From assembly GCA_963817915.1 (NCBI GenBank), contig CAWFQL010000018.1, forward strand, positions 50,965 to 114,964: DNA of 64,000 nucleotides. Reading direction: 5' to 3'. This DNA is from an uncultured candidate division Zixibacteria bacterium. GTDB taxonomy: Bacteria; Zixibacteria; MSB-5A5; UBA10806. The translations under genes and the position numbers were made by a program. The notes under the pieces were generated by a model, which was given only the letters and a program-made list of their open reading frames with translations, was not told the origin of the DNA and ran no database searches. This document shows, in pieces, positions 35,262-44,838 of this stretch; positions within the stretch are counted from its first letter, which is position 1; each line of letters starts with the position of its first letter.

Positions 35262-36392
35262 ATGGGTCATGCATATACTCCGGGGCTGAAGGTCACCGAT
35301 CTGATGAAAATCACTAAGAAACGGATACTGCCGTTGAAGGGACAAGTTATAGTCAAAAAGGGCGATAAGGTGACATCAGATTCAGTCGTGGCGCGAACCG
35401 AACTGCCCGGCATAGTAGAGCCGGTAAATGTGGCTAATATTTTGGGTGTTCCTCCTCAGGACGTTGCCGAGCATATGATTAAAAAAGTCGGCGACCATGC
35501 CCAGCAGGATGAAATAATCGCCAAATCAAAATCGTTCTTCGGCATGTTTACCGCGGTGGCCAAGGCCAAAATAGCGGGTACGGTTGAAAATATCTCATCG
35601 GTAACCGGGCAGGTGCTTTTGCGCGGCGCGCCGATACCGATCGAAGTTAAGGCATATCTAAATGGAGTAGTTACTGATATTTTCGAAAGAGAAGGCGTTG
35701 AAGTAACGACCTGGGGCGGTTTTGTGCAGGGTATCTTCGGCATTGGCCCGGAGACGCACGGACCCCTGAAAATGCTTTCCAAAAACAATAAGGAAATCCT
35801 CACCGAAAAAGAAATCGATGCCTCCTGCAAGGGCTTCATCATCGTCGGCGGCTCGCTTGTTACCGCCGCTGGATTGAGAAAGGCCATTGAAGTCGGCGCG
35901 GTTGGCATCGTGGTCGGTGGTTTCAATGACAAAGACCTACGCGATTTCCTCGGATACGATCTTGGTGTAGCTATTACCGGCAATGAAGACAAAGGTATTA
36001 CTCTCGTAGTTACCGAGGGCTTCGGCGAAATCATGATGGCCCAACGGACATTCGAACTACTAAAGAGTAATGAAGGTAAGGAAGCCTGTATCAACGGTGC
36101 CACGCAGATCAGAGCCGGCGTTATCCGTCCCGAAGTGGTTATTCCCAAAATCAATGAACTTGGCGAAAAAGAGTTAAGCAAAGTCGTGGAAATGGATAAT
36201 ATCGGCCTGATAGTTGGATCACCGGTAAGAGTTATCAGAGAGCCATATTTCGGAAAATTGGGAATGGTATCCGATTTGCCCTCGAAACTTCAGGCTCTCG
36301 AATCCGAATCGCACGCCCGCGTGCTCGAAGTGCAATTCGAGGACGGCAAAAAGGCGATCATCCCCCGCGCCAATGTCGAGATGTTAGAATAA
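35262..36392 (+). CDS. Conserved-looking hypothetical protein with a biotinyl/lipoyl-like N-region and KOW/SH3-like C-terminus
   Basis: Core-like ORF; LPLKGQVIVKKGDKV, VVTEGFG, GSPVRVIREPYFGKLG; function not identifiable. Confidence 0.7.
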   Translation: MGHAYTPGLKVTDLMKITKKRILPLKGQVIVKKGDKVTSDSVVARTELPGIVEPVNVANILGVPPQDVAEHMIKKVGDHAQQDEIIAKSKSFFGMFTAVAKAKIAGTVENISSVTGQVLLRGAPIPIEVKAYLNGVVTDIFEREGVEVTTWGGFVQGIFGIGPETHGPLKMLSKNNKEILTEKEIDASCKGFIIVGGSLVTAAGLRKAIEVGAVGIVVGGFNDKDLRDFLGYDLGVAITGNEDKGITLVVTEGFGEIMMAQRTFELLKSNEGKEACINGATQIRAGVIRPEVVIPKINELGEKELSKVVEMDNIGLIVGSPVRVIREPYFGKLGMVSDLPSKLQALESESHARVLEVQFEDGKKAIIPRANVEMLE

Positions 36393-36412
36393 AATTCGAG
36401 ATAACTAATATT

Positions 36413-36445
36413 AAAGAGACCGCCGGACCTCCAGCGGTCTCTTTT
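36413..36445. terminator. Intrinsic terminator
   Basis: aaagagaccgc...gcggtctctttt. Confidence 0.85.
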
Positions 36446-36988
36446 GATTTTATTCCATTTAGAATTATTAAATGAAACATGAGCCCAATCGAGAATTCGG
36501 CGCCAGGTTGCTCCTCTATTAATATAATGGGACCGCCTAAATCAAGCCAGTATGGTTTTTTTTGAGACATTCTCTAATATAATTTCATTCGAGATTTCTT
36601 AGTCGAAAAGATAATCAGAGTACTTTTGCTTAACTATGGCTTCGATTATCAGGGAATTCGTCTTCAATCAGCCAAGTATATCCTGTTATCAAGTTTCATA
36701 AATATTGTATTTTAAAATAAATCCCCTTGCCTTCCCCAAAAAATAAAAGAAAGCGGAGCTGCAATTATAGTTATTGAGCCGATTGAATTAACTATAACAC
36801 TGGTAGCAATTGTTTACTTGCAGTCCTTATTCCAGTCGCTTTAAAATGTATATTGTCAAAATTATCCATAAAATCCTTGACATTTGAATTTCGATAGTCA
36901 ATAATATAACAGGTTGTGGAAGAAAATTCCGTTGCTTTAGTTTGATCAATTTAAATTTGTATTACCCACTAATTGGATCGGAGGATGT

Positions 36989-39900
36989 ATGTGGCGTCAA
37001 ATGCTATTATTCGTATCTGTCCTTTCTTTAGTTGCGGTTGTAACGCCATCAATAGCTGTTCAGCCTCAGGTTTGCTTCACGGAAAATCAAGGCCAATACG
37101 GAGTGAATACGGTCTTTAAGGCTCATTCCGGGCCGGCGAATCTTTATTTTTGTCGCGATGAAGTTGTATATCTCTTAGGAAGGTATAAAAATGAGCCGGA
37201 TAAATCGCAATCGTTTGCAAATATGCCTTTCAAGCATGCAATGCCAAAATCGGAGATTGAGACGATTTATTTCAGGACAAAATTCATCGATGCTAATCCC
37301 AACGTAGAAATTGTGGGCTTCGATAGACTATCCTACAAAAGCAATTTTTTCAAGGGAAACGATCAATCGTTGTGGCATACTGATGTACCAAGCTACGGTT
37401 CAATTGTTTATCGAAATATATATCAGGGTATTGACCTTAAATATACAGGCCGAGGATCTTCCGCGAAATACCAATTTGAATTAATGCCTGGAGCGGATCC
37501 TGGCCTAATAAAGATTGCCTATGACGGTATTGATCTATTAAGCCTTAATTCGAATGGCGATCTCCAGATTCAAACATCCTTCGGGACTGTGATGGAGAAG
37601 GCTCCTGTTATTTATCAGGAAATTAATGGTACGAGAAACTCAATAGCGGGAAGATTCGATCTCATCGCTCCCGGCATTTTAGGTTTCAAAATTGATGGTA
37701 TATATGATAGCTCGTTTCCACTGGTAATAGACCCGGAACTAATCTACAGCACCTATTTCGGAGGCTCGGGTACAGATTTAATTGCAGATATTTACGTGGA
37801 TCCCCAGGGATATATTTATATTGTCGGCTGTACTGATTCGCCTAATTTCCCTACCGAAAATCCATATGATCCTTCCAATAATGGTTCTTACGATGCCATA
37901 TTATCTAAATTCTGGCCTGGCGGAGATTCACTCGTATTTAGCACATATCTTGGGAGTTCCAGTCTGGATTACGCTACAGGCGTAGAAGTTGATCCTTCTG
38001 GCAATTGCTATGTCGCGGGCAGAACCGACGCGGATGATTTCCCCACTATTAATGCTTTTGATCCCACATTCAACGGAAATTATGACACCTTTGTCACTAA
38101 ACTAAGCCCCGAAGGGAATTCGCTTATCTACAGTACATTTATAGGCGGAGGTTCGGGAGATGGCGGCGATTTATGTTTTGGATTAGATATTGATAATTCG
38201 GGGCAGGCATATATCACCGGAATAACCGCGTCCGGCGACTTCCCTACCCTAAACGCCTATCAGTCGATTTTGCGTGGCGGAGATGATGTCTTTGTTACCG
38301 TATTATCGGCAAGCGGAACCTCGCTAATTTTCAGCACATTTCTCGGTGGGACAATGTGGGGTGATTATGGGTCTGACATAGTCGTAGATTCTGAAGGAAA
38401 TTCATATATCACGGGACAAACTGAATCGCAAGATTTCCCCACTTTAAATGCGTTTGATTCTACAGCCGGGGATTGTAAAGCAATTGTCGCGAAATTTTCG
38501 CCTTCTGGAAACCTGGAATTCTGCACTTTTCTTGGAGGTGAAATTGCCCGCCAATCAGGCGAAGCAATCGCCTTGGATAATGAGGGCAATATTTATGTTA
38601 CGGGCAGCACGACGTCCAGGGATTTTCCTACAGTAAATGCCTATAGCGGACATCTCAGAGCCGGTGATATTTTCGTAAGCAAATTTTCTCCATCCGGCCA
38701 AACACTTCTTTACAGCACATTATTGGGCGGTTGGTTCAATGAGGAAGCCCTTGGCATAGCAGTTGACGCCGATCAGAATGCTTATGTTGTGGGAATTACA
38801 AATTCAAATGATTTTCCCATGGTCAACGCAATTGACGATCAATGTGAAGGCGAGGAAGCCGTGATTGTTAAATTGCCTACTACCAGAGGATGCGTCACCT
38901 TCAGCACATATCTTGGCGGATCGGGAGCAGATGGTGCCTCGACCGTGGCCCTTGACGCGCAGGGCAATGTTTGGCTGGCTGGAAATACCAATTCTCATAA
39001 TTTCCCCATGATTAATCCTTTCGATCCTTCCTATAATGACAGTTATGGGGAGAGTGACATATTTATTTCAGCATATCAAATAGGCGATGTCATCGCCAAT
39101 CCCACAGGTTCGGTAGGTGGAATAGTTACCGATATTCAATCAAATCCATTAGAGGGAATTAGAATATTAGCCTCTGGTACCGGAAGGGAGGATACTACTG
39201 ATGCGCAAGGAGCTTATAAGATAGAAAATTTATGTTCCGGCTATGCTGATATCCTGACAGCTGATTCACTTTATAATGATACTTTGATACTGGGAATTCC
39301 CGTTAATTCTAACGATGTCACCGTTCTCGATATTACCTTACTATCCAGCGGCACTGTATCTGGATTTGTAACCGATACTCTGATGCATCCACTTGAAAAT
39401 GCCGTAGTAACGCTGTGGGGTAATCCGCCGATATTTGATACCACTGATGTCTCGGGGGCATTTTCATTTAACGACCTTAGACCGGGGACATATGATAGCT
39501 TAAATTGCCGACGAGATCATTATTTTAGTACTCTCATTGAAAATATTTCAGTACAACCGGGCGACCAAACGCTTATTCCCATAACGATGATCGGCAAACC
39601 TGAAAATGTCAGGATTTGGTTTGGAAACCCCTACGGCAGACCAATCAATGTTATGCCGGGCGATCAAGTTCCTATAGATGTTTATATTCAAACAGCAGAC
39701 ACGATTTATATCGGATATTACCTCGCAATTCAATTGGGCGCTATGACCAATTATATAACCGGATTTACAAGCGGAACGTATGGAGCTGTATATTATCCAT
39801 TCTCAGGATGGGAGGATGCCATTTTTCGCGAACCATTATATCCTCCCGATATACCTGATGGTTGGATCAGCCAGACGGTAGGCGGTTTTCAGTCTTACAA

Positions 39901-40465
39901 TGGACCTCTTGGGCCGCCAATGCATTTTCCAGAACCCACAAAAATTGCGACATTTGTAGCAACAACTATTAATGATATGTCCCTTATTGGCGATACTGTC
40001 GAATGCCTGGGATCAGGTTTTTATCCTGGCGTTGGCTGGGGTACGATTGCATTTGATTCTTTGGGCATAAATGAATGTTTTGTTTATGATTATTATAGCC
40101 CGATCTGTTTTACTACTACGCATGATTATCGCCCCGGCGACGCCAATGGCAATGGAGTATTTAACGGGTTGGATGTGGTGTATGCCGTGAATTTCCTTAA
40201 AGGTACTGGTTCGCCGCCTCCATCGGGTATGGATTGCCCACCCCATAGCTTCCTGTATGCGGCTGCAGATGCTAATGGCAGTTGCAGTTTTAACGGTCTC
40301 GATGTGACATTTATGGTGCGATATTTTAAAGGAGAAATTCCAAGTGCGCTTTATTGCTCCGATTGCCCGCCCTCAGGGCTGAATCCGCCGGGCTCGGCTC
40401 TACTACCCCCTCAAGGGTCATCTTCAAAAACGACTATAAATGATAACGTTGGATCCGAAAAATAG
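36989..40465 (+). CDS. Secreted SBBP (seven-bladed beta-propeller) repeat protein with carboxypeptidase-regulatory-like domains and a dockerin-like C-terminus
   Basis: FTENQGQ N-domain; repeated YSTY.GG..D...I.VD..GN.YI.G.T.S.DFP; two G.VTD....PLE.A modules; GDANGNGVFNGLDV. Confidence 0.88.
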   Translation: MWRQMLLFVSVLSLVAVVTPSIAVQPQVCFTENQGQYGVNTVFKAHSGPANLYFCRDEVVYLLGRYKNEPDKSQSFANMPFKHAMPKSEIETIYFRTKFIDANPNVEIVGFDRLSYKSNFFKGNDQSLWHTDVPSYGSIVYRNIYQGIDLKYTGRGSSAKYQFELMPGADPGLIKIAYDGIDLLSLNSNGDLQIQTSFGTVMEKAPVIYQEINGTRNSIAGRFDLIAPGILGFKIDGIYDSSFPLVIDPELIYSTYFGGSGTDLIADIYVDPQGYIYIVGCTDSPNFPTENPYDPSNNGSYDAILSKFWPGGDSLVFSTYLGSSSLDYATGVEVDPSGNCYVAGRTDADDFPTINAFDPTFNGNYDTFVTKLSPEGNSLIYSTFIGGGSGDGGDLCFGLDIDNSGQAYITGITASGDFPTLNAYQSILRGGDDVFVTVLSASGTSLIFSTFLGGTMWGDYGSDIVVDSEGNSYITGQTESQDFPTLNAFDSTAGDCKAIVAKFSPSGNLEFCTFLGGEIARQSGEAIALDNEGNIYVTGSTTSRDFPTVNAYSGHLRAGDIFVSKFSPSGQTLLYSTLLGGWFNEEALGIAVDADQNAYVVGITNSNDFPMVNAIDDQCEGEEAVIVKLPTTRGCVTFSTYLGGSGADGASTVALDAQGNVWLAGNTNSHNFPMINPFDPSYNDSYGESDIFISAYQIGDVIANPTGSVGGIVTDIQSNPLEGIRILASGTGREDTTDAQGAYKIENLCSGYADILTADSLYNDTLILGIPVNSNDVTVLDITLLSSGTVSGFVTDTLMHPLENAVVTLWGNPPIFDTTDVSGAFSFNDLRPGTYDSLNCRRDHYFSTLIENISVQPGDQTLIPITMIGKPENVRIWFGNPYGRPINVMPGDQVPIDVYIQTADTIYIGYYLAIQLGAMTNYITGFTSGTYGAVYYPFSGWEDAIFREPLYPPDIPDGWISQTVGGFQSYNGPLGPPMHFPEPTKIATFVATTINDMSLIGDTVECLGSGFYPGVGWGTIAFDSLGINECFVYDYYSPICFTTTHDYRPGDANGNGVFNGLDVVYAVNFLKGTGSPPPSGMDCPPHSFLYAAADANGSCSFNGLDVTFMVRYFKGEIPSALYCSDCPPSGLNPPGSALLPPQGSSSKTTINDNVGSEK

Positions 40466-40480
40466 AGAAATACACAGATA

Positions 40481-40512
40481 AAAAACCTGGCGGTATCTTA
40501 GTGCCGCCAGGT
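40481..40512 (-). terminator. Intrinsic terminator
   Basis: aaaaacctggcggt...gccgccaggt. Confidence 0.7.
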
Positions 40513-40618
40513 CTCCTGACCCAAAAGATCTAGAAATGCCTTGTCATTCCGCTTTTGATGCGGAATTCATCTTTCCTATGAGTTACAGTTTGCCTAACCG
40601 CATCAAGCATTCGTTCAG

Positions 40619-41218
40619 CTATCTTGGCAAGAAAAACGAAAATCCCATCGAGAAATTGATAATGGTGCCGTTTGCGGAGCTTGAACCTGGCCCGAGATAC
40701 TGTCTCGAATCATCTGAATCAAAGCTTTGAGCATTGTAGTTCAATTCAACAAATGTACAAATCTCCTCCGAAAGCATGATGGCAGCTCCTCCACCAAGAG
40801 TTATCGTTGTCATCGATCCATACTCCAGGCTATTGTATGTCAATGCCATGCGCATATAAGGATATAGTGTGCCTTTTCTGATTGAACTATAGGGATGCAA
40901 GTCGAAATAGTAACGCAATTCAGGTCCTACCCCCCATGTATTGGAAACGTATCCCTCCTCAGAATATCTGCTGATTTCGAGTCGCCCGCCAATTGCCAGT
41001 CCCTTGGCTACAAATATTGCCATCATGGGGTCAATTGTCAAAATTGAGTACGGGTGCCCATTGGTAGGCACGTAAAGATCTCCACTATATCTGGAATAAG
41101 ATAGCCCGCCTTCGAGCAGCGTATTTTTCCTATCAATTGGGGAAGACTGGGCAAGTAACGGAATCACGGCGGCAAGAATTATTATTACTGTTAACGCCAA
41201 GAAGGATGATTTTTTCAT
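40619..41218 (-). CDS. Small outer-membrane beta-barrel protein
   Basis: Signal peptide; amphipathic strands (GVGPELRYYF, LYPY, LGGGAA); terminal GFSFF strand. Confidence 0.8.
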   Translation of the reverse strand: MKKSSFLALTVIIILAAVIPLLAQSSPIDRKNTLLEGGLSYSRYSGDLYVPTNGHPYSILTIDPMMAIFVAKGLAIGGRLEISRYSEEGYVSNTWGVGPELRYYFDLHPYSSIRKGTLYPYMRMALTYNSLEYGSMTTITLGGGAAIMLSEEICTFVELNYNAQSFDSDDSRQYLGPGSSSANGTIINFSMGFSFFLPR

Positions 41219-41457
41219 TTTTTGCTCCAGGAATTTGGGTTAGGTTTTATCCATCAATTTTGCCGAATTAAATTGTTAATCTGAATCCATTTTAGCATTA
41301 TGAGATAACAGCCGTCAATCCGAAAATGAATTCCCCCGCGGGAATAGGAACTACACTTTGATCTCATGTGTTGTTATGCCGCAGGGAAAAGTTATCTTCT
41401 CGCGGCATCTTGAATCTAATCCTGACGCTCGCTGCGATACTCGTTCCTTATTATCCC

Positions 41458-41487
41458 TTGACGAAGTAGCGTCAATTGGATTATTTT
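41458..41487 (+). promoter_or_regulatory. Probable host promoter of the tRNA-Leu gene
   Basis: TTGACG-18 nt-TATTTT ending 13 nt before the tRNA 5' end. Confidence 0.55.
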
Positions 41488-41500
41488 GATAAGCTGTTGA

Positions 41501-41540
41501 GCGAAAGTGGCGGAACTGGCAGACGCGCTGGACTTAGGAT
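41501..41540 (+). tRNA. 5' half of tRNA-Leu(TAG), interrupted just after the anticodon loop (att site)
   Basis: GCGAAAG TG GCGGAACTGGCAGACGC G CTGGA CTTAGGA T; the expected CCAG, variable arm and T arm are replaced by unrelated sequence. Confidence 0.88.
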
Positions 41541-42232
41541 GCGACCGGGGGCTTTTTCTAACCCACCAAAACACATCGTATTATATTGTGATACATGGAA
41601 TTATACGAATTTTCGTCTTGGCTCATTTTGGCCTATTTTGGGTCATTTTGGCTCAGCTATAGACACTTTTTGGACACCAAAAGCAAATCAAACCTGCCAA
41701 ATTGGCATAGCGTTTTCAATAGGATTTACATCGTGATCTTATTCATATCATTTTTTAAAAAAATGGTAAGAATCAAACCAGTGCAGCAATTCTATCCTCA
41801 ACTAGGACTTTGCTTAAGAAGTCTAGTTTTAGAAAGACACGAGGCAAGATTAAGACTTGGATCTTGCTTGAATACAGGTGCATGCCATAAAAAGCTGCGA
41901 AGAATTAATAGGGCCGGCTTTCGGGTCATGAGCCGGATGTCACTCCCTAATACGGGACAATACTAAATAATAAAAAATAACAAGGGCCAAGACTTACTCC
42001 TTGTCGTCTTTTCCGCTATTGTCCTGTTTTATCCCGTATGACAGAGTATTATTTTAGAAAACAAAAACCTGAACTTCCTTTTTGCATTGGCCAAAATGTA
42101 AAAAATATCTTCTCTACCAGAATGGATAGCCCGAAGCTGGCATCGATGTTTCCTGTTGATTTGAATGCAAAAGTGTGATTAATTCAATCTTAATTGTCAT
42201 TTCTTGGTAATCTGCTTAAGCGCGGAGATTAT

Positions 42233-44815
42233 TTGAAAGATCATAATGGAAATTCCAGTTCGGAGCTGACCGAAGGCACAAAGGTCGGTAAATATCTGCT
42301 TGTTAATAAAATAGGCTCTGGCGGCATGGGTGATGTATACCTTGCCGAGGATACTGATCTAAATCGCAAGGTTGCCCTCAAATTCCTTTCGTCATCTATT
42401 GCTTCTGATATTGATTGCAAGGCACGTTTTATACGGGAGGCCCAGGCGGCTGCCAAGCTCAATCATCCCAATATAGTTACTATATATGAAGTCAGTGAAT
42501 TTAAGGGACGACCGTTCTTCGCTATGGAATATGTCGAGGGAGACTCTCTTAGGGATATTAGCGAGAAGCAAGACCTAACCCAGGCTCAAGTCATTGATAT
42601 TGCTATTCAAATATGTGACGGTCTTCAAGAGGCCCACGCTGCCGGGATTATTCACCGCGATATTAAGCCTTCCAATATTCTCGTTGATCAAAATAACCGC
42701 TGCAAATTGCTTGACTTCGGCCTGGCGGTTGTCCGAGGATGCGATCCTTTGACTAAGGATAAATCGACTTTGGGGACCGTTAGCTATATGTCACCTGAAC
42801 AGATTTTGGGCAAGGAAATCGATAGCAGGGCAGACATTTTTTCATTTGGTATCGTTTTGTATGAATTACTTAGCGGAGACCTTCCGTTCAACGGTGAGCA
42901 TGACGCCGGCATGATGTATTCGATCGTAAATAGCGACCCTATTCCCTTACAGAATATTATGCAAGATGCTTCACCGGAACTTGATAGTCTAATCAACCGT
43001 TTGCTGCAGAAATCCCCAGATGATCGTTTTCAATCAATGGCAGACGTTGCTATCGAATTGAGAAGAATCAAAGGCGATACGTCGGCTCCCAGCCGGCTGT
43101 CAGCATCATCATCGACCAGCTCGCGAAGAAGTGTTATCCGAAAGAAAATTTTGGGAATAATTATTCCGCTAATTGTAATTGGTATAGCTGCGCTATCCTA
43201 TTTTATCTTTGCTTTCAACCCATCTAAATCCTCATTAAAACGAGTAGTTGTGGTACCATTCCAGAATCAGACAGGAGACGCTTCGCTTGATCCATTTGGA
43301 CGTATGATCGCAGACTGGATATCGCAAGGACTTATTCAAACTAGATTGACCGAAGTCGTTTCTCCCGAAATAACACTCGGACCTGATGTTAATGAAGACA
43401 TCCGTTCGATTGCCGGGAAATCAGGATCAAACGCTGTCGTAGCGGGTTCTTTTTATAGGATCGCAGACAAGATTCTGGTTCAGGCAAAAATTATGGATTC
43501 CAATAATAAGCTGCTTCAGGCAATTGAACCTATCGCGACTCCAGCCGAGAAAATGATGGATGCGGTTGAAGCAATCCGCAAAAGCGTGACTGGTGCATTT
43601 ACCTTTGAGTTCAGCGAAAGATCTAAAGATATCAAAGCGATCGAAATAAAACCTCCATCTTACGAAGCCTATCAACAGTACTTTAGCGGAATTGACATAT
43701 TTATTAAGAGCGCTGGCACCGAGGGGCTTGAGTTTTTCGACAGAGCCTATACCTTAGATACATTATTTGTTTCAGCCCTTTTGTACTCCTTTTCTGTCTA
43801 TCAAAACCTTGGACTGAGGACTAAAGCTGATTCTGTGATACAGTTTTTAAACGCACGCCGCAGCCATCTTAACTCATTTCAGCAATTGTTGCTGGACGAA
43901 GGAATTAATGTGTTGTCCGGGGATCACGTCAAGGCTCTTATTATCGCCCGAGAATTGGCCGAAATTTCTCCAACGGATCTTTTTATTTATGGGTGGGGGC
44001 GTCAAGCGTATTTCGCAAATCACCCTCGGGAAGCGATAAAGGCGTTTAAGAGAATTGATTTAGAATCATATTCTATGCACTGCTGGATTCCTTACTGGAA
44101 TTTCCTTACCGCATCGTATCACACTCTGGGTGACTATGAGAATGAAATTCAAGCTTCACAAATGTCCCGCAAACTGTATCCAAATGACATTTCCACATTG
44201 AGTGATGAGATGCGGGCTTTTGCCGCCATGGGGAAATTCGATGGCGTAAGAGAATGTTTGACGATTTATGCAACTCTATTGAAACAGGATAATGCCGATT
44301 TGGTGGAATTTATGCGAACCGCCGCTGAGGAATTACGAGCTCATGGATATGAGGATAGTTCAATGGCGATCTTTAATCAGGCAATCCTGTGTTTCGAGAG
44401 CTTGCCATCTGAGAATATGAAAACCCGGCGTCTAAGTTATGGAACTCTGCTTTATGAAGCTCGCCGATGGAAGGAAGCGAGAGGCGTTTTCGAAGAGCTC
44501 GAAAGTCGGCTTATGGATAGCCTGGACCTCCGCGGAGCCTGGCTTGGGACTTCAGCGGCCAGGCTTGGGGATGGCGAAAAGGCGCGCAAAGTCTCAAGGT
44601 GGCTCGACAATATCAAACGACCATTTCTTTATGGAGCCCCAACCTATAATCAGGCATGCATTGCAGCCATACTGGGTGAAAGAGAAAAGGCTGTTGAGCT
44701 TCTCAATGAAAGCTTATTACAGGGGTATAGCTATTTTGATGTACACATTGATATGGATTTTGAATCCTTGAGAGATTACCCGCCATTCAAGAATCTGATG
44801 TCACCAAAGGACTAA
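42233..44815 (+). CDS. Membrane Ser/Thr (Hanks-type) protein kinase with extracytoplasmic TolB-N/CsgG-like and TPR sensor region, paralog 1
   Basis: GSGGMGDV, VALK, HRDIKPSN, DFG, YMSPEQ; one TM; VVVPFQNQTGD; TPR helices; TTG start with GGAG RBS matching paralog 2. Confidence 0.92.
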   Translation: MKDHNGNSSSELTEGTKVGKYLLVNKIGSGGMGDVYLAEDTDLNRKVALKFLSSSIASDIDCKARFIREAQAAAKLNHPNIVTIYEVSEFKGRPFFAMEYVEGDSLRDISEKQDLTQAQVIDIAIQICDGLQEAHAAGIIHRDIKPSNILVDQNNRCKLLDFGLAVVRGCDPLTKDKSTLGTVSYMSPEQILGKEIDSRADIFSFGIVLYELLSGDLPFNGEHDAGMMYSIVNSDPIPLQNIMQDASPELDSLINRLLQKSPDDRFQSMADVAIELRRIKGDTSAPSRLSASSSTSSRRSVIRKKILGIIIPLIVIGIAALSYFIFAFNPSKSSLKRVVVVPFQNQTGDASLDPFGRMIADWISQGLIQTRLTEVVSPEITLGPDVNEDIRSIAGKSGSNAVVAGSFYRIADKILVQAKIMDSNNKLLQAIEPIATPAEKMMDAVEAIRKSVTGAFTFEFSERSKDIKAIEIKPPSYEAYQQYFSGIDIFIKSAGTEGLEFFDRAYTLDTLFVSALLYSFSVYQNLGLRTKADSVIQFLNARRSHLNSFQQLLLDEGINVLSGDHVKALIIARELAEISPTDLFIYGWGRQAYFANHPREAIKAFKRIDLESYSMHCWIPYWNFLTASYHTLGDYENEIQASQMSRKLYPNDISTLSDEMRAFAAMGKFDGVRECLTIYATLLKQDNADLVEFMRTAAEELRAHGYEDSSMAIFNQAILCFESLPSENMKTRRLSYGTLLYEARRWKEARGVFEELESRLMDSLDLRGAWLGTSAARLGDGEKARKVSRWLDNIKRPFLYGAPTYNQACIAAILGEREKAVELLNESLLQGYSYFDVHIDMDFESLRDYPPFKNLMSPKD

Positions 44816-44838
44816 ATACTCCCGATACCCGATATGAC

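Noticed and set aside
35456..36181. Long antisense ORF (241 aa) and other shadow ORFs
   Set aside because: Fully nested opposite well-supported genes, with composition typical of antisense frames.
40543..40566. GTCATTCCGC-TTTTGAT-GCGGAAT palindrome as a repeat family
   Set aside because: Only one clear copy in the window; cannot be supported without a genome-wide count.
41616..41655. CRISPR array or iterons
   Set aside because: Only four degenerate 10-bp units without spacers; no cas or rep gene.
41501..41685. Intact tRNA, intron-containing tRNA or split tRNA
   Set aside because: No T arm or acceptor 3' strand seen nearby or elsewhere in the window, no group I intron features, and the duplicated arm with flanking motifs fits an att site better.
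41476..41966. ORFs 41476-41736, 41595-41966 and 60074-60307
   Set aside because: They overlap the tRNA fragment and att arms and have no RBS or protein-like features.
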